A stretch of 64,000 nt of DNA from the human T2T-CHM13v2.0 reference genome, Homo sapiens (GCF_009914755.1 NC_060925.1), one strand, 5' to 3'. Positions 23,350 through 38,229 are shown, counted from the first letter of the stretch. A program made the numbers and translations. The notes: generated by a model not told the origin, from the sequence alone.

Positions 23350-23790
23350 CCTTTTTCGGATCCCTCCTGCGCAGGACCTAAATGGGCGGTGCCCTTACCC
23401 ACTGGTCCCTCCCTGCCTGGTGTCTTCGGAGCCCTAGCTCACCCGGAACGTTACTGCCCGCCGGTGACAGCGAGAGGACCAAAGAGGGCAGCGGGTGCGG
23501 TGGGAACCACAGAGTCACCGCGCACCTGCGCCTCGCGGGCTCCTCGCAAATTGAATAAACGCCCCCTGAAGCTTCTCTTCAAGTCACAGGGAAGGGGAAG
23601 GTGGCTGCCGACCCGGCGGGAGAAGCCGGCCCTGCCCCTGGTCCTTGAAGACAGGTTTGGCCAGGCTGATTTTGACTGGTAGGCCCAAAGGAAAGCCTCA
23701 AGGGCAGACCAAACTCCGACAGGCTCCGAGATTAAGGCTTTCAAACGTCTGATCGTTTTCAGCTTGGTCAGTAAAATCGATCCCGCCTTT
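23350..23790. promoter_or_regulatory. Small CpG-rich segment
   Basis: High CpG density outside recognisable repeats. Confidence 0.5.
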
Positions 23791-23805
23791 ATCAGGAGAT
23801 TCCTT

Positions 23806-24545
<740 letters not shown>

Positions 24546-24721
24546 AGACCAAGAAAGAGTGTGCATATCAAAGTCTGCAGTTAACCAAAGAGAAAACATA
24601 ATTTTCCGACCAATAGGATGTATGGGGGTCAAAGAACGACCAGCCTACAGTACTGTTTATTGGCCTGAGCATACGGAAGGATGAAGTTGCACCAGCGAAA
24701 TGGGATTAAGCTGCAGGTGCG

Positions 24722-25023
24722 GGCTGGGCGCGGTAGCTCACACCTGTAATCCCAGCACTCTGGGAGGCTGAGGTGGGTGGATGACTTGAGATCAGGAGTT
24801 TGAGACCAGCCTGACCAACATGGTGAAACCTCGTCTCTAATAAAAATACAAAAATTAGCCGGGCGTCATGGCGGGCACCTGTAGTCCCAGCTACTAGGGA
24901 GGCCGAGGCAGGAGAATTGCTTGAACCCGGGAGATGGAGGTTTTAATGAGCCGAAATTGCGCCACTGCCCTCCAGCCCGGGCAACAGACCGAGACACCTT
25001 CTCAAGCAAAAATAAAAACAAAA
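24722..25023 (+). mobile_element. AluS, full length
   Basis: Alu dimer; TSD aagctgcaggtg. Confidence 0.9.
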
Positions 25024-25920
25024 AGCTGCAGGTGGAAAAAAAAGTCTGGATTTTGGTTCAGAACCCCTGGGGCCTTCCTCAGTAGTTTTCTCTTTCCTTG
25101 AAAAAGGAAGCCTGTCTCAGTCTCTGCATCTCTCTGAGTCCTTTTGGAGATTGAGGATGGTGAGGTCTCAGTGCTTGGCCCCCTTCTAATTCTGGGTACC
25201 TCCCCTCCCGTGGGTCAACCTGGTCCAGTGCACAGGCCCCAGCTCCGACGACCATCTCCCCCCTACCCTTTGCTCCCAGCAAAGGCCATTTCTAGGTCAG
25301 TCGTGAGGTACAGCCAGGACAGGGCAGCTCGCTCCGAGATTTTTGGCTCTCGAAGGCCTTGAGCGCTGTGGTTCTGCAGAACGCTGTCTGCCTCTTGTGG
25401 AGGAACTGACACCCGCTGGAGAAAGTGTGGAGGGAAGCGAGGGCTGCACCTGCACGCAGGAGCTGAGGCAAGCGGCGGTTCCCAGCTCTCAGTGCAAAAG
25501 ACATTTGTCATCTGAGAGGCTGGACTCAGTTATTATAATTTTCAATTTTGTCAATAAAAACCGAATGGAAATTTGTTTTCTTACTTGTAGAAACCTCCTC
25601 GCAAGACCTCCCATCTTACATTCCAGGGAGAATTAGCAGGGTATTCCGCCAAGACATAGGTTAGACTGCGGTTCTGATCTGCAGGCCTCGATGCCCTGCG
25701 CCGGGGCACCAGGGCACGGGCAAAGCCCTCCCCCTACACAAAGCAAGGGTGTTATGTCTACAACCGAACGGGGACACTAAGAGCCCCCAACATGCACGGT
25801 TTTCATTCCAAAGAAAACCACCAGTTCTGAGTACAACTTCCACCTGGCTCTATTAACTGAGTACACGTTTCCCCAGCACAGAAATCCTACAAACTCCCGT
25901 GAATGCTGTGGTGAAAAGCA

Positions 25921-26225
25921 GGAGCTGCCAGGGCAAGATGGATCGCACCTGTAATCCCAGCACTTCAGAAGGCTGGGCGGACCACTTGAGCCCAGGAGTT
26001 GGAGCCCAGCCTGAGCAGAATGGTGAAACCGCTACGAAAAAAGAAAAAGAAAGGAAAGAGAAAGAAAAGAAAAGAAAAAAAAAAGAGAAAAAACTAGCCG
26101 GGTGTGGTGGCGTGCGGTTGTCCTACTCGGGAGCCTGAGATGGGAAGATCGCGCCACTTCTCCAGCCTGGACGGTACAGCGAGACTTGTCTTAGGGAGGG
26201 GGGGAAAAAAAACAACAAAAAAAAC
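25921..26225 (+). mobile_element. Decayed AluJ with expanded A/G-rich middle linker
   Basis: cctgtaatcccagcac, cttgagcccaggagtt, tagccgggtgtggtgg; internal deletions. Confidence 0.7.
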
Positions 26226-26558
26226 AGAGGCTAAGAGGTAACTCCGAGGATGACAGAAAACACCAGAGTTTTTAAGAGATGTTAGAAGCCCTGGGAGCAC
26301 TGAACAAACCAGAAAGCTCCCGACCCTTGATCCCTGAGCTCCACCTAGCAAGTACCGCGGCAGCTAACCTGGGAGAATACCCCAACCAACAGAGACTGAA
26401 ATTCGCCTCCCGAGAGAGTAAGTGGATAATTCTAACCTGTCCCTAAACATGGCCTCACAAAGGAAAACTAACCGTTGCGAACGGAAACAACTGACCGGAC
26501 AGAACACAGCCACAAAACACGAGCCCGCACCCTGAATTACAAAAACACTTACGGCTCA

Positions 26559-26572
26559 TCTACTATTCGCAC
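26559..26572 (-). terminator. Degenerate snRNA 3' box
   Basis: GTGCGAATAGTAGA, 11 nt downstream of the U1 3' end, versus consensus GTTTN0-3AAARNNAGA. Confidence 0.5.
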
Positions 26573-26583
26573 CACAAAAGCGC

Positions 26584-26748
26584 CAGGGGAAAGCACGAAC
26601 GCAGCCCCCCACTATCACAAATTATGCAGTCGAGTTTCCCACATTTGGGGAAATCGCAGAGGTCAGCACATCTGGAACGCAATGGATAAGCCGCGACCAT
26701 GAGAAAAACGCCTTCATGATCATGGTATCTCCCCTGCCAGGTAAGTAT
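26584..26748 (-). ncRNA. RNVU1: Variant U1 snRNA gene (RNVU1 family), 165 nt
   Basis: Reverse complement starts ATACTTACCTGGCAGGGGAGATACCATGATC and ends GCTTTCCCCTG; about 13 substitutions and 1 insertion versus canonical U1; snRNA promoter present and no A tail, so a duplicated gene rather than a retrocopy. Confidence 0.96.
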
Positions 26749-26789
26749 GAACTCTTGCACTCTCCGCCCCGCCACAGCCTCACACGCTT

Positions 26790-26810
26790 CACCCTTTACA
26801 CGCACGGTCA
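26790..26810 (-). promoter_or_regulatory. U1 proximal sequence element (PSE)
   Basis: TGACCGTGCGTGTAAAGGGTG at about -62 to -42, close to the canonical U1 PSE. Confidence 0.85.
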
Positions 26811-26971
26811 CTTGCCCCGCGCACGCCCCCCCCCCACCCCCCCCCCCACCACCCACAGCCCTCCTAGCCCTGACACACAGCTGGGACTCTCAGGTCCGAC
26901 CAGCGGTCCTGAACCCACTCCCACGGCACGGGAACTCCTTAGTGGCGAAGCAGCAGCCCCTGCGCTGCCTC

Positions 26972-26979
26972 ATCTACAT
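26972..26979 (-). promoter_or_regulatory. U1 distal sequence element, octamer-like ATGTAGAT
   Basis: GGCGATTTCT-ATGTAGAT-GAGGCAGCGCAG at about -225, the context of the U1 DSE. Confidence 0.75.
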
Positions 26980-28073
26980 AGAAATCGCCCTATCCGTGAT
27001 GTCACCGACAGCGCCTTTCCCAGTCCCCGTCTGCTCTTCCGCCCTACCCTCCGCCGACTCAGCCCATCAACCCGCTGCCGGAGCTGGCGGAGGAAGTGAC
27101 GTCTGTCTCTTTCTCCTTTTCCTCCTGCCATTGTCCTTTGGGGAGGTTCGCAGAGACCCCGCGTCTGGTCTCCCCCTAAGACTGTGGTACTTGATCTGTG
27201 TCCTGCAGAGAACCCTTCTGGCGGCCAACAGGAAGCTTGTGCACCCTTCTTCAGATAATGTCTTTTAATGCGCAGACTTGAACGTTTAGGATTACAAGGA
27301 AAACCGGTTCCTTTCAAACCTGTTTATCTTTGTGATGTAGCATTCCGCTTCAAGTTGAAAGCCGTTCAATGTCAGAGAGAAAACATATCTATGAAACCAG
27401 AGAGGCTGCTCAGATGGGTTGCAAACTAGCCATCCTTACTGGTTTTACCACTAGAAGTGTTACAAAGACAGTTGTCCAATTTTATGAATCTTGAAGGGTT
27501 TTTTGTTGTTGTTGTTATTTCAAATACAGTGTAATACAAAATGATGTGGCCCCCGCAGAGACGATTGGACACTCTCAGGCATGGTGATGGAGTTTGTCAT
27601 CTCTTCCACGGCCATCTCAGAACCTTAGTGCTTACCTCATATTAGTATTTTATATTCTCCAAAGACACAAAAATAATCCCAATTTGACAAAACAAACAAA
27701 AAAAATCTAGGGTATGTCTTATTTGAGGTGCTTAACAAATGACTGGATCATCTCCCTTGTATATAACCCAGAAAACACTGTGAAGTAGAGCAAAATTGGA
27801 AAGCCCAAGTCAAAGACCATTTGCAAATTTCAAGTAGATTCCAGTCTGTTGCTCAAATCACAAAACATGAAATGGAGGGGTCTCCCTTGGAGACCATAAA
27901 GTCTGTGACATGGTGGCCAGTTGGGTCACTGGAAAACATGGCAAAATATTGAAAATGAGGGATTAGGTGAGAGTGTAGCAACTGAACACTAAATGCTTGA
28001 TCCAGGTGCCATTCCCTGGATACTGACAGGGAGACACATTGTCCAGGTAATACTGGAAAAATACTTTCTATAG

Positions 28074-28655
28074 TGTAAACCACAAATAAAATTCCAAGCC
28101 CCTCAACTATTTGAATGCACCCCTCCTCTCAGCCAGGGTCATTCCAAAGTTAACCTGAAAAACTGGTTCAGACCATGATGGGAAGTAGGGGTCAGATATG
28201 CCTCATTATACCCTCCTTCCTTTGGAATTCAGGCACAACTGACCAGCACATCCGACCAGGCCCAACTGACATTACAACAGCGATCTCAAGACTTTTTGTA
28301 GCAATAAGACACCAAACTCCAGGCTGACTCTAGTGTAGCATTACATGACAGATAGCAGGCCCTGAAAGAAATAAAAATATTTTACCCTAAAATACATTTT
28401 TTATCATATTTTGAAATGTCCCTACAAAGTTGTCTCTTGTGGGGAAAGTCTACATGCTACAGGGAATCCCTTTCCAGGCCTTTTCCCTAATCTAGGCACC
28501 TTTTTAAGTCTGATAAGAAACATTTACAATCAATTCTCTCTGAAGCCTGCTACCTGGAGGCTTCATCTGCATAATAAGAACAACCCCTTAACACAGAGAC
28601 TGCCTTCTATGGATTCCAGGTCTTTAGATAAACTCTTTCAACCAATTGCCAATCA
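28074..28655 (+). mobile_element. MER4-family ERV1 LTR (partial)
   Basis: Starts tgtaaaccacaaataaaattccaagcccc; gcctcattataccctcc; ataaactctttcaaccaattgccaatc. Confidence 0.7.
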
Positions 28656-28717
28656 AAGTATCAGAAAATAACGGCTGGTAACTATGTAATTATGCATATA
28701 TATGAGTAGAATTTTGG

Positions 28718-28832
28718 GGGTGGGCACAGTGGCTCATGCCTGTAATCCCAGCACTCCCTCAGGAGGCTGGCAGATTGCCTGAGTCCAGGAGTTTGAGACC
28801 AGCCTGGGAAACATGGTGAAACCCCATCTCTA

Positions 28833-28871
<39 letters not shown>

Positions 28872-29003
28872 AGCCAGGCATGGTGGTGAGCACCTGTGGT
28901 CCCAGCTACTCAGGAGGCTGAGGTGGGAGGATTACTTGAGCCTGGGAGGTGAAGGTTGCAGTGACCCAAGCTTGCAACACTGCACTTCAGCCTGGATGAC
29001 AGA
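28718..29003 (+). mobile_element. Old Alu with ~36-nt middle A tract and no 3' tail
   Basis: Alu dimer; A run at 28834-28869. Confidence 0.85.
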
Positions 29004-29149
29004 GGAATGGGCCTTCACTAGACACTGAACCTGCTGGCAACTTGATCTTGGACTGACCATCCTCCATAACTGTGAGCAATAAATTTTTGTTGTTTATAAG
29101 TTACTCACTCTGTGGTATTTTGTTATAGCAGCACAACTGGATTAGGACA
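29004..29149 (+). mobile_element. MaLR (MLT1A/MST) LTR 3' fragment
   Basis: ttgatcttggact ... aactgtgagcaataaatttttgttgtttataag ... gtattttgttatagcagc. Confidence 0.7.
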
Positions 29150-29229
29150 TCAACCTGACCTTAAGAAATCATCTCATTCAGTCTTGGCTCTGGTGGGAAA
29201 CAAGGGGCACACTCGGATGTGTGATTTAA

Positions 29230-29520
<291 letters not shown>

Positions 29521-29779
29521 TAAAGAGAGTTTTATGAAGAGAATATTTATAAATATAATATGGACAGGATCAAAACAACCCAACCAAGGACTGAGAGGCG
29601 CTCAGAATCTGGAATCAGCAGAGAAGTTGTATTGCCTCTAGGACTGGATTGTTGTATAAGTCTGTTCAGGTTGCCATAACAACCTGGACAGGACCGTAGT
29701 TCTGTCCAGTGATCCTCCCCAAGACAACCGTTCTCTCTAGTAACTATGGTTTTCCTTTCTCATTTCAATTGCCACCTCA

Positions 29780-30177
29780 ATTGACTGAAATGTGAACACC
29801 AACTCCCGCACTTAAACGTTGAAGCCCTAACACCTACTGTGATGATTTATGCAGCTGGGGCCTTTGAGAGGTAATCAGGATTAAAAGAGGTTATGAGAGT
29901 GGTGTCCTCATGCTGAGATTAATGCCATTACAAGAAGACAGACACTAGAAAGCTTGCTTGTCCGCCTTCCCCCTGGTGCACGAAGAAATGGTCACATGGG
30001 CACACAGTGAATCTACAGCCACTTACAGGCCATAGGAAGAGACCTTAGAAAGGAATCCGCTTTGCTACCACCTTTATCTTGGACTTCCCAACTTCCAGAA
30101 GTGTGAGAAATACATTTCTATAGTTTAAGCCACTTGGTGTATGGTATCTTGTTATGGCAACCTGAACAGACTTATAC
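29780..30177 (+). mobile_element. MLT1A-like MaLR LTR
   Basis: gttgaagcccta ... ggggcctttgagaggtaat ... tcttggacttccc ... gtttaagccac ... gacttataca. Confidence 0.7.
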
Positions 30178-32284
30178 AACAATTAAGTTGCCTTTCCACT
30201 GATGGACTTAGACACAATCTCTTTCCCAAAAAAGAGCTATATTTAGCTACTTTTCTTTTGCATATTGTTCCATTTGCAGCCACACTATTTGTCTTCCCCC
30301 ACACCACTTCTATCACCAGGAATCCATTTTCCTTGTTTTCTTTTTAATATCGGGAGCCTCTGCTCACTGCACTGCATAGTCCTTGGGGCTTTTTTTAAAC
30401 TTTATTTTTAACAATCATTTGAGCAGAAAGTAGCCAATTCAGTTCTTTAATTTCCCATTTTATTCTTGGTTTGAAACTGACCTGATTGTGTCCCTTTTGT
30501 TATGACCAGTTACTTAGAAGCCATACAGCCCACAAGGTACCCTTGGGTATAAATCCAACTTCTTCATTTTAATGGTGAGAAACCAAAAGCCCACGTTTCC
30601 TGATTTCTGGCCCAGCACTGGAACTGTTTTCATGGCACGTCAATTCATCATACATTTTAATAGTGATATTTTATATTTGCATAATTTTATTGCCTTTGCA
30701 ATGGGCTTTCACATCTATCTTCTCATGTGTATATAGTTTAAAGGCCATTTTTACCCACTATCTCCTAATCATATCGACCACAGCCTCAGGAAATGTCTGC
30801 TCTATTATTTCACTTGCCTGTCTGGGTTCTTGGGTGACAGCATAGAATCCTGCACTGTGTTTTCCCTCACGCTTTCTCACTCTCTGCAGAACAAATTTTT
30901 GTTACATGCCTTATTATCATGGTAATATTGGCCTTCAGTCCTGTATAGAAGCATTAAAAATGTGCGTAATGTATATCCTTTTAAAATGTTATCCTAAGAA
31001 GCATCTTTTGGAGTTAAGGAGAGTTAGATGAATAAAGAAAGAATACAGTTTCTCCTAAACAAACCCACTAAGAAAATCATGGAAAGAATTATGACAACTA
31101 TGAAAATGAAGGAGGTATACTTTGTCAACAAAAGCAAAATAACCAAGCTACTCTTAGACATAATCTCACGTTATCTTTCTGTAGTGCTCTAGCATTTTCT
31201 AAGCCTTTTCACACACTGTTATCTCTTTTTTTCTTTCTCCTTCTAGAAATTAATTATGACTGTTCCTTTCAAAAATGAAGGACTTTTTTTTTTTTTTTTT
31301 ACTCTTTTCATTTTTTCCTGAGACCATATGTCAAAGGGAATGTGAGGAACAACTTTGGTGTGGTAATAGCCAAATTTCTCCAGGTCTGCTCCTCAAGCTT
31401 GCAAAGTCAAGACTGGCAGAAGTGGTGATTTTTACCTGGGTATCCTGAGAACCTTGCACAGTCCTTATCACATGCAGGTGTTCAGAGTGTGCAAATAAAT
31501 GAAGAAATGTGAGATTGTGATGATATTTTCATGGCATGCTTTTTTTCCACACTTCCTCATGCAGCCCAACATCCTCTACACTGTGTTGTTCTACCCGTTT
31601 AAGTGATTTACCACTTCTCCATTAAGCCAACTTAAACCATGTTGCCTTCAACTCAACATTGATTGATCCCCAATACAGTCCTGTAGGGAGGCAAGAAAAC
31701 TTACAAACGAAGTGGTAAAGAAAGAGAGAGATTAAGCAATTTGCCCCAAATCTCATAACCACTAGGTGATAAATCTTCAACTAGAACTCAAATATCTGGC
31801 TGAGAATTCAGTGCTCTTTTCATTTAAATCACATTGCTTCATAAAAATAGATCTGCAGGAAGAATAAAAATGTCCAAAGTGCAATGAGACAGAGAAGATA
31901 ATATGGAGACAGACATATTGCACAGAAAGCATTTGACCATATGTCTGCCTGATCCCCTTCATGTGTCTTGTTCATAACTTACTTTACTCGGGCAGCAGGA
32001 GATAGCATAACAACTGTCAGAGTGAATTTAGGCCACAGTTTTGTGTTGCTGAATGTGTTGAGTCATTTCCCTTAGTTCACATTTCTACCTAACTTTATCT
32101 TTTAAGTCATCATCATGGCTTTAATCTCTTATTTATTTTGACTGTTGAGATTTTGTAGCCATTATCCAAATAAAACATTTATTTTCACTCGTGAGTCCCT
32201 AATCCTTCGTCAATGGAATTAGCTATTTATTTGATGCAATAGCTAGACCAGTAGGGTTAAAAATGCTTTTATAAAGACATTAAT

Positions 32285-32410
32285 AGCTGGGTATGGTGAT
32301 GTGCATCTAGGGAGGCTATGGCAGGAAGATCACTTGAGTCCATGAGTTTGAGGCCAATGCCTTTGCAACATAGTGAGACCCTGTCTTTAAAGTAAAAATT
32401 TAAAAATTAA
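32285..32410 (+). mobile_element. FLAM-like Alu monomer
   Basis: gctgggtatggtg ... gatcacttgag ... gcaacatagtgagaccctgtct. Confidence 0.65.
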
Positions 32411-35400
32411 AAGAAAAGACATTTAAAAAGGCTGTTTACCAAAATGATGGTTAATTGACAGAAAATAGAAACGGAAACTAGAAATCATTGCCATCAGCTT
32501 TCTCTAATGTGTACTTGATCCTTTTCTCCCTGTGATGGAAGTCGAAAGTCTTTTTGTTTTTTTCTTAATCCACTACTGTTCAAATGAGAATAAACAGCCA
32601 AATGACTGAATTAGTTGGTAGACATAATTCCTAGTCAATTATTTTTATATTCTTTTGTAATACAGTCATTATTTTTTCAGACTTCTATAATATTGCATTT
32701 AACCAATCCCCAAATAGGGAAACATTATGTAATTTTTCTATTATTTACAGTTCCTTGATTATAATCTTTTATTTGAAAAGATTATATATTTATATAAAAA
32801 CCCAGTTTCTTTCTTACATATAAATATTATTAGTAGTCTAAAAATGTCACTCTCAATAAACAGGATGAGTCAACTTGAGGACTAGAGAATCAGGTAGTCA
32901 ACATCAGAGAACTGGTTTAGCAAACAGAAGGGGCCTACCCAGATAGAGAGAAGTCAGGCAGGGCTGTGCTGTGAAAATATTAGAGAAGCTTGATGGGAGG
33001 CCTAATATAGTTTGTCTTTACACCTGTATATTTTGCTTCTTGCATCTGCTTCAATGCCCTCTGTCATTTATTATAACTAGATTTATTGTTCCAATAGATT
33101 TGTACTACAGTCAGAACAAACAAATCACTGGATCCAGCAGAAGCCTTAGATATATGACATAACAGAGATTTGCACAAAGATTTGCCCCATTGCCTTCTCG
33201 AATTTCTCTTATCATCAATCCATCTAGCTGGAGCTCTCTGAAGGTCATCAGAGGTCAGTATAATTTTAATAAGATTTTAACTGAAGGATAGCCTTGATGT
33301 TCAGTGACCTTCAGACATGTTTATAATTGAGAAGCCACTCCCCCTGTTGAATGATAATCTCTTCCATGAATTACCAAACCAATGGTGCTCACATTCTGAT
33401 TAACCATTGATTCCCATAAACCCAGCTTCCCCCAACACTGATGATCTAAATAACCTGAATTATTTGCATTGCCTTATCAATTCCATCTCATTTCCTGTCT
33501 TGGTGGTTTTGCTCACACTGCTTCTATGTGGAATGTCTGTATGTAGCCACTCGAGTTTCCACTTCATCGTTCCATCATCTGTAGTCTCTATACACTATCC
33601 ATCATCAGGACTAATGTGAGCTGACTTTCCTCCAAAAAGCTTTCCCTGAACTTATCCTGAAATAACGTTTTTCTCTGCTAACTTAGCATTTGTCACGTTA
33701 GTATACAGCTTCTCTAACTGTCATGAAATGAAATAAATGGGAAGAAGATGAAACTTGAAAAGAAATCTGCTTCTTAAGGCAGGCCCTGGGGGAATAGCCC
33801 TGGCTGGAGGTAATGTAAGGTCTAGATGGTGTTTTTAGAATCTGAAGACTGCAACACCAAACACAACAAGTATAAGCCAAGGCAAGCTGTCAGTGCAGGG
33901 CCTAAAATTAGGTATTTCAACAAGTGGATGAATCAATTTGGGGAATTGTATTAGTAAACAGAGGAAGCCCGTCCAGTAAAAGGGAGAGTAAGCAGAGATG
34001 CAATTTAAAACTATTGAGGAAAAATGGCTAAGAAATAGTAAAATTAACACATGGCCTAAAATATTAAGAAATTAAGCCTGTTACAGAATTACTGACCTGG
34101 CTAGTATATAGGAGCATTAACAACACAAAAACAGATTAGGTTGGGATTAGCAGTGGGGGTGAAATAATCTTCAGGGCTGAACTACTGAGCTAGAAATATT
34201 TAAATCCTCCTTGCAGATGAAAACTATAGAGGACAATTTATTGGTTCAGCATGAATTTCTGGTCTTCTGTTAAGAAATATGCTCTTTCATTGAAAGTGAA
34301 CATTGAGGCAGTAAACTCCAAATACAGCTGCAGGTACTATCTCCTGCTGATTTGTGTGTATAGAGCATGAAAGAAAGTCTCAGAAACAAAAGCATGTTGG
34401 AAAAATAAGCAGGAGGCATTTACTTGCAAAGAAATGTGAGGAAGTCATTCTTCAAAAGAACTGCCCAAAAAATTAAAAAAATAGAACTTTTTAAGACAAA
34501 CAATATTGTGAAGACTATAGGGTTTATATTAATCTCTTCATGGCAGAAAACAGCAATTTTATCATGGTTATTGTATTCAGAATGTTCATGACATATCTTC
34601 AGACAATAAACAGCATTGTAAAGTCAAGGATAAAGTGATTTTCATTAAGGAGTTAGCAACTCTCAGGAAATGCTCAAGGTTTTATTCATTTGGAGGACTG
34701 CAGGTAGACAGAGAGACCCTTTTATTGTTTCTTTATGTCAGAGTGCAGAGTTTTTTTTTCTCTGTTTCTTCAGCAGTGGGACATGATGAACGGGCTGACA
34801 ATGGTGTCAGGCCCCGATGTCACTTTGGTTTTTACACTTCATCTTGCGGTCATGTTTCCTTCTCTACAGGACATGTTTGTCTACCTCCATTTGCTGAACA
34901 ATGTTCCTAATCAGTACTATTGATTTTACATTTTAATTTGATCCATTTTATTTGCACAGATCTAAGAAGTGTTGATTAATATTTAATGACCTCCTAGTAT
35001 TTTTTTGATGAAACAATAAACTAAGGCTCACAAGTTTACGTCTATCTATAGATTTATAAAGCCCTTGTGGTTTAAATTTACTTTTACATGTTTAACAGCT
35101 CAGTTTAGAGCAGACCAAACCAGTCCGTTCACCTCTACCTGATTTCATCTGCAGTATTTATAATGCAAATGTATCCTTTTTAATAAAAGATATCCAATGT
35201 CTCGGTGTCCCTGCTCTGCCAAGAAAGGACATTCTTTCTTACCTCCAAGCCTGAGATTGCATAGTCCATAGAGCAAGCACCAGATTGGTTTCCTAGAAGG
35301 ATGTTATAGGCATCGCTTCTGCGTGAAAAACATAGAAATTATTCTTATTACTGGATTTGTCTTGTCTAATTAAATTGAATTTGTAGCACAGCTATAAATT

Positions 35401-35425
35401 TTTTATTAAAAAATTGATTCTTCCT

Positions 35426-35843
<418 letters not shown>

Positions 35844-36478
35844 TTAACCAATATTGCTAATTAAGGGTATGTTAATAGACAAAACCAAATATTGTATGTC
35901 ACAATTCTTTACAAAATAATTATTTGTATGTTTTTCTTGGCAACTTATTAGCTTTGTTTTTATATTAAGAATTTCTGCAAGGTATTTTTTTCCTCAACAC
36001 TAAGAATTCAGAGTGTTTTATTTAGTTTTTACAAATTTAATAATTTGTACATTTAATTGGAGATTAAAGGTAGATTAAGAAGAAAGAAAATGGGTTTCTC
36101 TCATGTTCATTAAAGTAGAAAATTAAACTAACCTCAATTAAATTGCCTTACTGAGGCCCTTTAATCCTAAATAACAACCTCTTGTCGTGCTGGTCTTGAG
36201 TTAAGCAGTCTACTTTCATGAATTCATCCGCTTCTACACTGTGAGTGTCTTGGAACTCCTGACTCATTTACTTCGTATAGTTGGAATATTGTCTGTGGGG
36301 ACAAGGTCAGCCTATTCTTGGAGGCCTATATCCATGAGTCAATTTCCTGTGGTATCAATAGTATCAACAGTGTCTGCTACCGTTATTACTGGAGCTCTTT
36401 TGATATTTCTTCCAGATGACTCAAATTCTGATTGGCACTTTGTAGAGAGGCTTTTAGGTATGCTTAAAGGGAAAGGAG

Positions 36479-36772
<294 letters not shown>

Positions 36773-37974
36773 GCAGCGGGGATAGGGGGAGGAGATGTTG
36801 CTAATAATAAAACTGTAAAGTTTGGTTAATTTTTTGCCATAGCAAACAACATCACAATGGGGGACAGTGGCATTCTCTGTTGAGGTGTAATACATACTCA
36901 TCTAATGAAATTTTAATCAGTGATTACCGTAAAAGACAGAACACATGAAGAACAATTAGTGCATCCCGATACCTCTCCAGGGCCTTTAATTTTCCCCACA
37001 AAGTAGATATTATTATTTGTCACCAACTGATAAGTTTACTTTTTTTAATCAGTTGGTTGACATTTATTGCACCAGTCTTTGTACATGAACATAAATATGC
37101 CTGAATCCAACCTGAGAAGTGCACAATTATTGTAACATAGCCACAGTAATCATACATAATTATTGCATTTAATTAATTTAAGATGATTTTATTGCTATTT
37201 TCTCAGAATATGGCCTTGAAAAACACAGCAGCTTCCACTATATTGAGCATAGTTTTGAGCAAATTAAATATCTGGAGAATGCAAAACATTACCTTTATTT
37301 CTAATATATCTTCATGTTAAGAGCTAGGAGGAGGATCTCTGGAGTTTCCCAGCAGCCATCTGAGAAACCCAGAGATACTGTATTCATAAATAACATCTCA
37401 GTAGTTTTACTATTTTGGATTTGAGGGTTAAATTTGGGGAATATGGTATCAAAAACAGTGTCACAGGTGGGGGCTGCAGATGTGAAGGGCCTGCTATCAA
37501 TCAGGTGACCCTGGATGGACTACCCACTCCCTGTGTCAGTCCAGGATCCCAGCTGTAGTGGGTTCCTCTCTGCTACAGCACATGTTTCTAAAGGGCAAGA
37601 ATCTGGGCTCCCAATAACTGACCTCTGTCTCCTCCATCCTGGCTTGTCATGGTAGACCCGAACCACCCTGCCATTGAATTTGGGCCCTTGTGGCTCATAG
37701 CCACAAGGGAAATTGGGAGCTCACATGTGAAAGGCAGAATTAAGTTAACGCACCTTCTTCCAAAGTCTTAAGTTTGTTTGTAGCCCAGGTGCCCCTGTTT
37801 CCAGCAGGAGTATTAGCAGTACCAGGCAGCCACTCCCCAGAGTTTGTGTTTCTGAGCTTTCCCATCATCAGTTAATTGGAAATTTCAGGAACTGTCCCTG
37901 CCTTACAATGCCTGCTCTGATCTACAGGTCTTTTGGAGACAGACAGCAGGTGATGGGGCATGCCAAAGAGATAA

Positions 37975-38229
<255 letters not shown>

